Notes: generated by a model not told the origin, from the sequence alone. Positions 7,908 through 18,981 are shown, counted from the stretch's first letter. The stretch: DNA of 64,000 nucleotides from a virus (IMGVR_UViG_3300000976_000009:205151-269150), one strand, 5' to 3'. Made by a program: numbers and translations.

Positions 7908-8224
7908 TTGACGAACCAGAGAACGTATCGCTGCGTTGGTACTTGATATCAAGGTAGAGGAACTTCGAGGCAACTTTGCTTAAGGTAGGAGATAACAGCA
8001 ACCCCGCAAATAACGGGGGAACGAAAGTGTAACGTGCAATCGCTTTGACTACTGAGGTTGCAACACATACAGACTTGAGCGGGTGAGCAACGCAATGATA
8101 GTCGGGTAGTGGCACCCACTGAAATGTGGGATGTAGTAATTAACTACATAGATAAATGATACGATGGTATATTGACTGGTTACCTATATACTTAACAGAA
8201 CTTCGGGCAAGCTCAGTTCGTCAA
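7908..8224 (+). ncRNA. rnpB: RNase P RNA (divergent, phage-encoded)
   Basis: P1 ttgacgaac/gttcgtcaa; CR-I-like GAGGAACTTCGAGG; TAGATAAATGAT; CR-V-like ACAGAACTTCGGGC. Confidence 0.85.
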
Positions 8225-8293
8225 CCATTTAGATGATTAAATAAAACTTTAAATTAAAGTTTTATTTTTTCATTTATCTCTATATTTATTAAT

Positions 8294-8875
8294 ATGGAGA
8301 ATAAATTTTATGTATACCAATTAAGGACATCTGATGATGAAATAATTTATATTGGTAAAGGTAGTGGCGATAGAATGAATAAGCATGTTAAAATTGCTAA
8401 TCATAATTCTAAGAATAGGAATAAAAACCCTAAACTTTATAATAAAATATCATCAATTATAAAAAATGGTGGCTATGTGATACCAGAGATATTATTTGAA
8501 AGCGAATCTGAGGAATTGTGTTTAACTAAAGAAGTTGAGTTAATTAAAGAGATTGGGTTAGAAAATCTTTGTAATTTAACTGAGGGTGGTGAAGGAACTA
8601 GTGGTTACAAGTTATCAGAAGAGACAAAAAAGAAAATGTCCGAGGCTAAAAAAGGTAAAAAACGAATTTTTAGTGAGGAACATAAAAAAAATATTTCTAA
8701 AGGTAAGATAGGTCATAAGGGATATTGGGAAGGTAAAGAATTATCTGAGGAAACTAGGGCTAAAATGTCTGCGGCAAAGAAAGGTAAAAAGAAAGGTCCT
8801 ATTTCTGAAAAAAGAAGACAAGCAATTATTAATGGTATTAAAAATAAAAAAAGAAAAAATGAAAACAGGTATTGA
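8294..8875 (+). mobile_element. GIY-YIG homing endonuclease with NUMOD3 repeats
   Basis: FYVY...[14 protein letters not shown], repeated [14 protein letters not shown]. Confidence 0.88.
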
Positions 8876-9158
8876 ATTAATTTCAGAAGAAAGAGAAAGA
8901 CAAATTAATGTTAAGGGTTGGACTAAAGAAAATGATGCATTATATATGGATGAATCAATGGCATTAGCTGCTGCAACATATGCAATTCCAGAATCAGAAA
9001 GGAGTGGTACACTAATTAATGATAAATTATATCCAGATTTATGGCCAGAGAATTGGTCAGATGAATGGTGGAAACCATCACCAGAAAATAGAATTAAAGA
9101 ATTGCAAAAAGCTGGTGCACTAATTGCTGCTGAAATTGATAGGTTACAAAATAAATAA
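8859..9158 (+). CDS. conserved phage protein of unknown function
   Basis: ERERQI...WP..W...WWKP...[15 protein letters not shown]; start moved to the downstream ATG. Confidence 0.6.
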   Translation: MKTGIELISEERERQINVKGWTKENDALYMDESMALAAATYAIPESERSGTLINDKLYPDLWPENWSDEWWKPSPENRIKELQKAGALIAAEIDRLQNK

Positions 9159-9194
9159 TAAAATGACGTTCGGGCAAGCTCAGTTCGTCAACAT

Positions 9195-9385
9195 GGAGAG
9201 GTAGCTTAACGGGAAGAACGATTCCAAACTCAACTACATTTAAAGGGTTGCAAACCTTTAAACAAGTGTGATAGGGTAATATGAAATATACTGAGGCTAG
9301 GTATGTGGATTTGATTCTGGAGTGTAGATAGTGAGAGCAACATTGTAATAGATGGAAGGTCGGGGTTCGAGACCCCGCCTCTACA
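9195..9385 (+). ncRNA. tRNA-like RNA with a 126-nt structured insert in place of the anticodon loop
   Basis: ggagagg/cctctac-A, TAGCTTAACGGG D-arm, ttcca/tggaa anticodon stem, cgggg-TTCGAGA-ccccg T-arm. Confidence 0.7.
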
Positions 9386-9895
9386 CATGATAAATATAAT
9401 TGAAAAAACTCTTAGTGATTGTATTTCTATAACAGATATTGGCATTAAGTATGTTAAAGTAATTAACGATAAAATATTTGAAGAAATTGATGAAATATTT
9501 GATATAAATAGCGATTCATTAAAATTATTATCAGATAAATACGGTCCAATGTTTTTATTAGAAGATAAATATGGTCGTCATTTTTATAATGATGGTACTT
9601 GGTATTTTAATTTCGGACCTAAAATAGAAATGTTAAATATTAATTCATCTAATTTATATAATAGGAATGGCTTAAAAGAACTCAATAAAAACAGTATCTT
9701 AAAAAATGGTTCTATTTTAAAATTAACACCCTTTGATTTTAAAAATAAATCATTTGTTTTTAGAAAAATTAGAGGTAATAAATTTCATGTAGTTTTAGTA
9801 CCAAACAATTTAAAGGACAAATTTGATAGTGATACTAATAAAATTAGGAGCAATATTCTCATTACCAATCCAAAAGTAATAATTACATATTATTA

Positions 9896-10333
9896 ATGAT
9901 TTCTTTACGACCACAAATAAAAAGTGATGCCGAAGATATGTTTAATATTTTAGGTAATAATAAATTTGAGTACCTTGGGGTTGATTGTACTAGTGTCAGT
10001 AAGACTAGACGTTGGATATCCAACAATATCCAACTAAAGAAACGAAATATCAAATTCACATATAGTATAATATTAAACAACGCTATTGTTGGTTTCATTG
10101 ATATATCATACAATGGTGAAATTGGTTATTGTGTTGGTGAAAAGTATTGGGGTCAAGGGATTGCAACTGAATCAGTTAAATTAATTGAAAAAATGATAGA
10201 TATACCGATTACTTCATTTTATATCATAACAGATGTTAATAACATTGGTAGTTGTAAAGTGGCTGAAAAATCTGGTTATACTAAATTAGGTATGGAATCT
10301 AAAAACATCATATACACAAAAGATAATATATGA
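9896..10333 (+). CDS. GNAT acetyltransferase (RimJ/RimL-like)
   Basis: EIGY...YWGQGIATE, NIGSCKVAEKSGY. Confidence 0.85.
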   Translation: MISLRPQIKSDAEDMFNILGNNKFEYLGVDCTSVSKTRRWISNNIQLKKRNIKFTYSIILNNAIVGFIDISYNGEIGYCVGEKYWGQGIATESVKLIEKMIDIPITSFYIITDVNNIGSCKVAEKSGYTKLGMESKNIIYTKDNI

Positions 10334-11016
10334 AAGTACTAATATTAGGTGATGGTCTATTGGGGTCTGAACTTAAGAAACAAAACCCAAAATGGGGTGT
10401 CCTTAGTAGGAAACAAGGTGAATTAGATATTACAACATTTCACTGGGTGGATATAATCAAAGATTATGATGTAGTTATCAATTGTATTGCATATACAAAT
10501 ACTTACGATAACAATAGAATTAAACATTGGGATACTAATTACGTTTGGGTGGATAAATTAATTGGTGGATGTAATTCGCATGGTGTTAAACTAGTTCATA
10601 TATCTAGTGATTACTTATATGCTAATTCTGTTTCAAATGCATCCGAAGAATGTGTTCCAGTTCATCATAATTCATGGTACGGATATACTAAACTATTAAG
10701 TGATGGCTTAGTACAACTTAATTCACATAATTATCTTTTAATTAGATGTGGTTTTAAACCTATACCATTTCCTTATGATAAAGCTCCAACAACAATTATT
10801 GGTAATTTTACATATTTAGATAAAATTGCTTTTGAAATATCTAAGATGATTGGTGATAATCGTGAAGGGTTATTTAATGTTGGTGATGAAACCAAAACAA
10901 TGTATGAGTTAGCATTGGAAACAAATAAAAATATCCAACCAATATCAAATATTCCAATTGATGGTATGCCAACTAATGTTACTATGGATTTAAGTAAATC
11001 AAAAAAATATCATTAA
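10330..11016 (+). CDS. RmlD-like NAD(P)-dependent sugar-nucleotide reductase
   Basis: GDGLLG, VVINCIAYT, HISSDY, YGYTK. Confidence 0.8.
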   Translation: MKVLILGDGLLGSELKKQNPKWGVLSRKQGELDITTFHWVDIIKDYDVVINCIAYTNTYDNNRIKHWDTNYVWVDKLIGGCNSHGVKLVHISSDYLYANSVSNASEECVPVHHNSWYGYTKLLSDGLVQLNSHNYLLIRCGFKPIPFPYDKAPTTIIGNFTYLDKIAFEISKMIGDNREGLFNVGDETKTMYELALETNKNIQPISNIPIDGMPTNVTMDLSKSKKYH

Positions 11017-11571
11017 TTTTTAGTTTTATTCGATTATTATCCTTATATTTGGTGTATGATTGGGGACTCTATTGAATATAATATGATTAAGACTGAATAT
11101 GGTGATAAAATTACCAAAAGGTCTGATGTTAAATTAATAAATCATATTGATGAGGGATTAATCATACTAGATAAAATTAATGCTAAAGAATTAGCGAAAA
11201 AAGCATATTGTATACACCCAATATTTCAAGGGGATAGAGAACTTAGTATAGTATATGATATTGGTGAGGTAGCTATCTCACCAATAGTTTGTATATTAGT
11301 TATGGAATATCGTTCTATCGCTAATGCATATCTTTCTAAAAGAAAAATTAATAGCATTAATGAAATTAAATTATCACCTATTAAGGATGTTAATGATATG
11401 TTAATCGCTGACAAAATTCAAAACTATAAAGACTTTATGTTGTATCATTTCGATACACACCCAAGGTCAAAAGAGCTATATGAATATTTTCATAATTGGT
11501 TTATTAGGTTAGGTTTAAATTTGATACAAGTTGATGAATTAGTGAAATTAATTTCATAAAAAATAAATTAG

Positions 11572-12156
11572 ATGAATAAAGAAAAAAATATATGGTTTAC
11601 ATCAGACACACATTTTGGTCATAAGAACATAATTAAATTCTCCAACCGACCTTTTGATGATGAAAATCACATGAACGAAGAAATGATTAGTTCGTGGAAT
11701 AGTGTTGTTGGAGAGAATGATATAGTATACCATATGGGTGATTTTTCACTTACCAGCCCTAATAAGACTAAAGACATACTAGACAGACTAAATGGTGATA
11801 TAGTTTTAATTATAGGTAACCATGAAAAGTCAGTTATGAGAAAAGAAAGTGTTAGAGCTAGATTTTTAGCTATTGAAGATAAACATGAGGTAACACTAAA
11901 TGACCAATTTATAGTAATGTGTCATTATGGGATGAGAGTTTGGAATAAGTCACACCACGGTAGTTGGATGTTGTACGGTCATTCACATGATTCAATGGAA
12001 CATGAAGTTTGGGGTAGAAGTATGGATGTTGGTGTTGATTCAGCATACCGAATTCTAGGTGAATATAGACCATTTTCATTTGATGAGATTAAAACAATTA
12101 TGGATAATCGTGAGGACAACCCAGTTGACCACCATGTGGCAAAACGAAAAAATTAA
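11572..12156 (+). CDS. calcineurin-like metallophosphoesterase
   Basis: SDTHFGH, GD, GNHE, GHSH, DVGVD. Confidence 0.9.
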   Translation: MNKEKNIWFTSDTHFGHKNIIKFSNRPFDDENHMNEEMISSWNSVVGENDIVYHMGDFSLTSPNKTKDILDRLNGDIVLIIGNHEKSVMRKESVRARFLAIEDKHEVTLNDQFIVMCHYGMRVWNKSHHGSWMLYGHSHDSMEHEVWGRSMDVGVDSAYRILGEYRPFSFDEIKTIMDNREDNPVDHHVAKRKN

Positions 12157-13022
12157 ATTATGAATAAAGAAAATAATCAAATGGAATATAAATTGGTGTG
12201 GTTGAAAAGCATCAATTTAGATGGATATCTAAAAGAATTACATTCTGGTAGATTCACAATTACATGGAAATATATTGATTCACAATATAGATTTTTTCTT
12301 CAATATAATGGAGAAGAGATATATCACATAGATACAAATGAAACGTCACAAAGAAAGGCTTGGATTATTGGTGGTGAAGCATGTAAATTGAAAGCTTTCA
12401 GCTTATGTGAGAAATACGATATTATGAAAATAGAAATAGATGATAACAACTAAGTTAATAATCATTAGGATAATTGTTGACTACCACGTAGTAAAGTAAA
12501 ATAAAAAAACTAAATTATATGGAATTTAAAGTACTTAATACCGAAGAAAAATATGGTGAAGATTGGGGTGATGGACCTTCAATGTCAGCTGATATAGTTG
12601 AAGTAACATATGGTGATAAAAAATCTAAATATACTGTTAAAGAAGATGAACCAGAAGATATGATTTTTGGTAGAAGTTTAGAAGATTGTGGTTCAATAAT
12701 TGAGATGATTAAAATGGCACATGAAGCTGGAAAAAATGGTCATGAATTAATTATTGATTATGTCGAAGAAAAATAAACACCCAAAGAATGTTGGTGAGTA
12801 CACTGACATGGAACAATTAGCAAATGATATCGGTAATCTACATTATGAGACAATGTATGAATTACTAGGCAAACTATCTAAAAAATTAGGTCACGATTGC
12901 TTAAATGACCAAAATGCTGGTAGACAAAAATTAGCTAATGAATTGGCTGATGCATCGAATGCAATTAGTGATGCATCATGTTATATTGGGACAGCTTGGG
13001 AGATATCAAAACCATATATGTA

Positions 13023-13496
13023 ATGAAAATTTTTGATAATGGAATTCTTTGTTTAACAGAAGTTCATGAATTAATGAATAACCCTAGAGACTTAAGTAAG
13101 GAACAGTTTAATTTATTATGTTGGTTTACTAATACTGGTCCAAAGGATTTGTTATTTTGTAGTAAGACATTTACTGCGGCAATACATTGTGGTATTGCCG
13201 CATCAAATAGTGATGTTAGGCGAATGATTAAAGGGAATGCACTTGGGGTGGGTAAACGTAAAGTCACAAATTTTAATGATGAATTATCTATTGATGAGTT
13301 TTTTGAAACTGGATATGATGAGGTCAAATGGACAACAATTAAAAATGGTAAGAAGAATAACAAGATAATTCTAATACGAAAATGTGATGGTACGGTATAT
13401 CCAGATGACCCTTGGTTTGGAATGGAATATGAACAATGGAAAGATGATGCTTACGTGAAGCATATGATTCAACAAAATTCAAATGATGGAAAATGA
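13023..13496 (+). CDS. stand-alone S4-like domain resembling the TyrRS C-terminus
   Basis: GIAASNSDVRRMIKGNAL...IKNGKKN; start moved to the ATG overlapping the upstream TAA. Confidence 0.55.
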   Translation: MKIFDNGILCLTEVHELMNNPRDLSKEQFNLLCWFTNTGPKDLLFCSKTFTAAIHCGIAASNSDVRRMIKGNALGVGKRKVTNFNDELSIDEFFETGYDEVKWTTIKNGKKNNKIILIRKCDGTVYPDDPWFGMEYEQWKDDAYVKHMIQQNSNDGK

Positions 13497-14337
13497 AGTT
13501 AAACGCTCACATTGTGAGAAAATTATTGTAGTTGATGGTATAAAAACTATTAAGAAAAAAGTCCCGTATGATACACTAGAAGAGGCTATTGCCCAATGTA
13601 AATTTGTAAACATACAACCTAAAGTGACTGAAAAAAATGTACCATATAAGTGTACAGTATGTCACAAGTACCATGTTGGTAGAAATGGGAAACCTATCAC
13701 TGAAAAATATAGAAACAAATTAAAAGATGAAGCTAAAGATAAATCTTGGCAAAAAAAAAGGGATAGACTTAAAAATGCTACCTTTAAAATAGTTGGTAAA
13801 ATTGATTTAAGTAAAATACCTAAGAAATAACTTGCTATTTAATAAAAGTTTAGTATCTTTGTAAAAATTAGAAACAATGCAAATTAAAAAAGGAACCGTA
13901 TTCATACGATTGTCTATGCTTTAAGTATAGACATAAATTTGAATACATATGAAAAAGAAAGACGTAATTTTTGATAGGAAAGAATTCCTTAATCTTGCTG
14001 GACACAACGGCATGGCAAACATCGTAGCCCAAATAATTGGTAGCGATTATACTAAAGATGACGAAACATACAGACACACATACTGTAAATTAGATTTTGC
14101 TGATTGTAGTAGGGTGATAAGTATGGATATTGACTTAGATGATGATTATTCTAGAGAGAATGCATTGTTTAAGATAGATACTATGCTTGATGTTTTAACA
14201 GAGTATCGTGATGCTATTGAAAGAGAGGCTAAATACCAAAAAAGACTTGAGAAAAAAAGAGCTAGAATTGAGGCTGAAAAAAAGTCTCAATAGCTCTTTT
14301 TTTGACTTTAATAGATATTTATTACTAAAACAATAGT

Positions 14338-15492
14338 ATGTCTATAAAGAGTTTATTAAATGAATCATTAATTAGTGTTTACAATGTTAGTCTAATTAAT
14401 GAAGTTGATTGGGATGATAAGTTTTCGGATACCAAGGCTTCTTGTGTAACACCAGAATCACTTGCAAAAGAAATGAATGCTGAATTAGCTAGAATTAATA
14501 CACCAGCTAAAGATAGAGAAAAACGTGGGGTTGGTAAAGTTATCCACACAAGAGGTAATATAGAAAAATCAATGACTGGGGGTAAATTAGATGTCAATAA
14601 ATTTAAGAAAATGATTACATCTAAGCCTAAGACAATCTTTGACCAAAATCCAAAGATGGAAAAGACTGATGGTGGTGGTGCACAAATCACAGTGAATACT
14701 GGTCTTCCAGCAATTTTAGGTATTATATATGATGAAGAAAAAGGTGAGTTTTTCAAAATAAATACCTGTCCAGGTGCTGGTTCTTGTAAATTGGTTTGTT
14801 ACGCTAGAAAAGGATTCTACGGAATGAATGATGGTAAATCCATGAAGCTAATCCAAAGACTCAATCTATTAATGAATAATCCAGATGAGTATTACCATAT
14901 GATTATGGATGAATTAGAACCAGCAGCAGTATTAGCTAAAAGAAAAGGCAGAAGAGAAGGTCACCCAATACAATTAGTTATTAGATGGAACGATGCTGGA
15001 GATTTCTTCTCAGATACATACTATAAGATAGCACAGAAAGTCACAGCTGATTTATTAGCTGATGGATATAATGTTAAATCATATGCTTATACTAAACAAG
15101 GTAAATATATGGATTTAACAAATAGTGATTTCATTATGAATTTTTCCAGAGGTGCAAACAAAAGAGAAATGGATAAAGTTGATATCGAAAAAGTCAAACA
15201 ATCCGTAATCGTACCAAGAGAAGCATTTGGTGATATATTCATTAAGAAAGGTCCACACTATGAAAAAGATGAAAATGGGTTACCTAAATTTGTCCAAGGT
15301 GGTGCTGATGAACTTAAAAAGAGATTATCCAAAGAATATAAAGTGCCATTTGAAACAATGAAGTACCTAAATGAATTACCACCGCAACAAATGGAGCCAT
15401 TAAGTATAAACGCCATAGTTCTACCAAGTGGTGATGGTGACATTGCGGCTCAAAGAGAAGACGTGAAAATCACATTTTTATTAATACATTAA
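14338..15492 (+). CDS. Gp88-like protein (Cys cluster, radical-SAM-like)
   Basis: TCPGAGSCKLVCYARKG, RWNDAGDF, YAYTK. Confidence 0.7.
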   Translation: MSIKSLLNESLISVYNVSLINEVDWDDKFSDTKASCVTPESLAKEMNAELARINTPAKDREKRGVGKVIHTRGNIEKSMTGGKLDVNKFKKMITSKPKTIFDQNPKMEKTDGGGAQITVNTGLPAILGIIYDEEKGEFFKINTCPGAGSCKLVCYARKGFYGMNDGKSMKLIQRLNLLMNNPDEYYHMIMDELEPAAVLAKRKGRREGHPIQLVIRWNDAGDFFSDTYYKIAQKVTADLLADGYNVKSYAYTKQGKYMDLTNSDFIMNFSRGANKREMDKVDIEKVKQSVIVPREAFGDIFIKKGPHYEKDENGLPKFVQGGADELKKRLSKEYKVPFETMKYLNELPPQQMEPLSINAIVLPSGDGDIAAQREDVKITFLLIH

Positions 15493-15494
15493 AC

Positions 15495-15522
15495 AAGGGA
15501 GAGCAGATTGCTCTCTTTTTTT
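15495..15522 (+). terminator. intrinsic terminator
   Basis: gagagca-gat-tgctctc followed by a T run. Confidence 0.75.
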
Positions 15523-15881
15523 ATTGTGGGTTACAACAAAATATCCTAATTTTGTGATATGAAGAATATTATAATCGTAGATGTGGATACTGATAGAACA
15601 CCAGCAATCCAAATAGGTAAGATGGAAGGGTCTGACTTACCAAAGAATCAAGAAGAAGCAAAAGATGTCATTATTAAGGATATGGCATGTCTAACTGAGG
15701 CATTATGTACATTAATTAATGCTGCTGACCAAAGTAACATTAAAACAATCAAAGAATCAATGCAAGATGTTATGACACATCTTGAACGTGGGACTAGTGA
15801 TGAAGAATATGGTGCTGAAATCAAGGTTACCGAAAAGTCTGAATCTATTGACAACGAAGAAGAATAAACTATATTTGTAAA

Positions 15882-16181
15882 ATGGAAGAAGATAATAACA
15901 TATGTTGTGAAATGTGTAAGCGGGATTTACCGACTACATCTCATCACTTAATCCCCCAACAAGTTCACACTAAAAACTGGTGTAAGAAAATGTTCACTAA
16001 GGAAGAGAGAAAGAATCGTAGGGCAGACTTATGTAGAGATTGTCACCCTTATTTGCATAAAAAATTCACACATGCTGAGTTAGCTAGAGAATATAATACA
16101 GTTGAATTGATATTAGCTAATGAAGAAGTTGCTAAACATATGGTATGGCTTAAGAAACAAAGAAAAAAAGCAAAAAGATGA
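15882..16181 (+). CDS. small HNH-like zinc-binding protein (YisB-like)
   Basis: CEMC, HHLIP, LCRDCH. Confidence 0.7.
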   Translation: MEEDNNICCEMCKRDLPTTSHHLIPQQVHTKNWCKKMFTKEERKNRRADLCRDCHPYLHKKFTHAELAREYNTVELILANEEVAKHMVWLKKQRKKAKR

Positions 16182-16304
16182 TTGAAACTATAAAATTAGA
16201 TAAAAATAATCGAATGCTTAGAATTGGCTTTGGTAAGAATAAAGGTAATTGGTTTTTCCGAATTGATTTGTGGTGGAGAGGTTATCGTTTTAAAAAAATA
16301 ATAA

Positions 16305-16757
16305 ATGAAAACATATAAAGGGTTTATTGGTTCATTGGAAGAACACCAAGTATTTGTTTTTGGTTCGAATCCAGAAGGTAGGCATGGTGCTGGAACCGCA
16401 AAGATAGCAATGGACCACCTAGGGGCTAAATGGGGTGTTGGTAGAGGACTTATGGGTCAAACATATGGTCTTATCACAAAAAACCTTAGACCGTTCTTCT
16501 ATGAGAAGGAAACTGGGTTGGAGTACGTGAAGGCTGGAAATCGAAGTGTATCTCCAGAAAGAATTAAAGAGAATATAATTGAATTATATCAATTTGCTAT
16601 TGATAATCCAGAGATGGAATTTTTTGTGGCATATACACCATATGGTAAATTACTAAATGGTTATACAATAAATGAGATGGCTGAAATGTTTTGTGTTAAA
16701 GCCATACCAAATAATATAATATTTAATGAAGATTTTGTAAAATTATTAGAGATATGA
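16305..16757 (+). CDS. conserved phage protein, possible macrodomain-like fold
   Basis: VFVFGSNPEGRHGAGTA motif. Confidence 0.55.
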   Translation: MKTYKGFIGSLEEHQVFVFGSNPEGRHGAGTAKIAMDHLGAKWGVGRGLMGQTYGLITKNLRPFFYEKETGLEYVKAGNRSVSPERIKENIIELYQFAIDNPEMEFFVAYTPYGKLLNGYTINEMAEMFCVKAIPNNIIFNEDFVKLLEI

Positions 16758-17314
16758 AAATAGGAGATAAATTTAAAGAAGTACTCAATGAAGCGGCTGG
16801 ACATAAGTATGGTTGTGTAATGTTGTTTTTAGAAGCCCCAAAAGGATGGTGGAATGATAGATTAGACGTAATCGATGAAGAAGATGTATATACTCCAGAA
16901 GGTGAAAGGGATTATGGTAAACAAGCTGCATCTGAATCACATGTAACTATTTTATATGGGCTACATTCAGATATTCCAGATGAAGAGATTGAGGCTTTAA
17001 TTGATAATATGACAGCACCAGAGGTTACGTTGAAAAATATCACAATGTTTGACAATGCTGATAAAGGGTTTGATGTTGTTAAGTTTGATGTTGAAGGTAA
17101 AGAGTTATTTGACATGAATAAAGCATTTGCTGAGAAGCCACATACAACTGATTATCCAGATTATCACCCACATTGTACTATTGCGTATGTTAATGCTGGT
17201 ACTGGGAAAAAGTATACTGAAATATTATCTAAGGATGATGAAATAACTCTTAAGCCTACTAAAGTTGTTTATTCAAAAGCAAACGGAGAAAAGAAAGAAT
17301 ATAAATTTAAGTAA
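16754..17314 (+). CDS. 2H phosphoesterase, Acb1/T4 gp57B-like
   Basis: HVTILYG and DYPDYHPHCTIAY. Confidence 0.75.
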   Translation: MKIGDKFKEVLNEAAGHKYGCVMLFLEAPKGWWNDRLDVIDEEDVYTPEGERDYGKQAASESHVTILYGLHSDIPDEEIEALIDNMTAPEVTLKNITMFDNADKGFDVVKFDVEGKELFDMNKAFAEKPHTTDYPDYHPHCTIAYVNAGTGKKYTEILSKDDEITLKPTKVVYSKANGEKKEYKFK

Positions 17315-17497
17315 TATGGTTTTTGAAACAGACGAAAAAGGAAATGTTATATTAAAAGAAGTATATAATGATGTCACATTAAAAAGTAATGCTGGTGAGA
17401 AATTAAGTATATGTATGAGGGATTCTGGATTTGAATTCACATATGAAGGTCAAAAATATGAGGCAAAAAATGGTCAATTAAAATTGGTCGTAACAAA

Positions 17498-17707
17498 ATG
17501 ACATATTATTGTGATAATATGAGGCATTTAGTATGTGTACCTTATAGTATTGACAATCTACATAAAATGGCTAAAGACTTGAATATCAAAAGGTGTTGGT
17601 TCCATAAAGACCATTACGATATACCAAAAAGAAGGATAAAAGAAATTCAAGATAAGTGTGTTGTAGTTAGTCCTAAAGATATCGTTAATATAATTAAAGA
17701 AGACTGA
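17498..17707 (+). CDS. DUF4031-like protein
   Basis: LHKMAKDLNIKRCWFHKDHYDI. Confidence 0.65.
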   Translation: MTYYCDNMRHLVCVPYSIDNLHKMAKDLNIKRCWFHKDHYDIPKRRIKEIQDKCVVVSPKDIVNIIKED

Positions 17708-17757
17708 ATATCCCACACCATTAACAAGTTGACTAAAAATGGTGATACTTATATAGT

Positions 17758-18534
17758 ATGGGATTAAACATTATTATATTATCGTTGTTACCAGCAATTA
17801 TCTACATTTTGATAATTTATGTAACTGTACCTTACAAGAAAATTAACCTTAGCACTGGGTTCATGTACCTATTTATTGGATTCATGTCAGTTGGTGTATT
17901 AAAGTGGATATGGTTAGCATTTCCTAGCACAACCACTTTAGCCGATAATTTTGTTAATTATTATGATGACCCATTTAAGTACTTTCATTACTTTTACTTT
18001 GGACAAGTTGCATTTTTAGAAGAATTATCTAAGTTGATTATATTTTTAATAGTTGGATTATATCGCAGAAAAACAAGTAATATGAAAGACCACCCAATGG
18101 CAACAATGTTCTATATGGGGATGGTATCATTAGGTTTTGCTGTAATCGAAAATATACAATATGGACAAAATTATGGTGATTCGGTATTATATTGGAGAGC
18201 AATAACCGCAGTAATTGGACATATGGTGTTTGGATTATTCATGGGTTACTGGATAGCAATGGGTAAAATGGGTACTAGATTATATGATAGGTCTTTATTT
18301 GATTTAACAATAAATAAGAATAAGAAAGTTAGAAATGTGTTATTCACATTTATTGGTTTAAGTGCAGCAACAATTATACATGGTATATATGATTTACATT
18401 TGGAGTTTAATGGTCAAACTGGTATAACTGGTATTTACATGTTATTAATTTTTTCAGTAATAGGTGCTTATTGGTGTTTTCAGAATCTTATGAAGCTTTA
18501 TAAGAAAAAACAAGAACATTTAAAAAATAAATAA
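17758..18534 (+). CDS. PrsW-family intramembrane protease
   Basis: multi-TM; EELSK, GFAVIEN, GHM, HGIYD. Confidence 0.85.
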   Translation: MGLNIIILSLLPAIIYILIIYVTVPYKKINLSTGFMYLFIGFMSVGVLKWIWLAFPSTTTLADNFVNYYDDPFKYFHYFYFGQVAFLEELSKLIIFLIVGLYRRKTSNMKDHPMATMFYMGMVSLGFAVIENIQYGQNYGDSVLYWRAITAVIGHMVFGLFMGYWIAMGKMGTRLYDRSLFDLTINKNKKVRNVLFTFIGLSAATIIHGIYDLHLEFNGQTGITGIYMLLIFSVIGAYWCFQNLMKLYKKKQEHLKNK

Positions 18535-18546
18535 AATTCAAAAAAA

Positions 18547-18981
18547 GTGATAACAAATAAATTAGAGGCAGTACACTCATTTACTGTGATGATTAAAGAT
18601 TGTAATTTTAATCGTGATGAAAATAATGAGATAGGTATATTATTTGGTGGTAAGCTAATGTATGAAATTGATTATGCTGGTGCTAAAATAGCTAGGAGAG
18701 CAACATATGGGGTGAATTGTGATATGGTAGTGACTGCATCAATGGATAAAATTGATTTTAATGCACCAGCAATTGTTGGTGATATTATTACTATGACTGC
18801 TAAAATTAAATCATTAGGTAGAAGTTCAATACAGATACGTGTGACAATAACTCGTGAAAGTTTAAAGGGTGATGTTGAACATATTAGTTCAGCAAATATG
18901 ACATTTGTTACAGTAAAAGGTGGTAAAGCATTTCCACATAATTTAACTTTTGAGAAATTAGAAAAAGATAGTGAAATATGA
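18547..18981 (+). CDS. hotdog-fold acyl-CoA thioesterase
   Basis: LFGGKLM..ID, VTASMDKIDF, GRSSI, TFVTV. Confidence 0.85.
   Translation: MITNKLEAVHSFTVMIKDCNFNRDENNEIGILFGGKLMYEIDYAGAKIARRATYGVNCDMVVTASMDKIDFNAPAIVGDIITMTAKIKSLGRSSIQIRVTITRESLKGDVEHISSANMTFVTVKGGKAFPHNLTFEKLEKDSEI

Larger units (their letters stand above)
8202..9192 (+). repeat. 24-nt direct repeat (8202-8225 and 9169-9192) flanking a two-gene cassette
   Basis: identical TTCGGGCAAGCTCAGTTCGTCAAC copies. Confidence 0.95.

Noticed and set aside
7888-8115. Minus-strand 75-aa ORF
   Set aside because: Antisense to the RNase P RNA; no protein motif
9230-9445. Minus-strand 71-aa ORF
   Set aside because: Antisense to the tRNA-like RNA and the next gene
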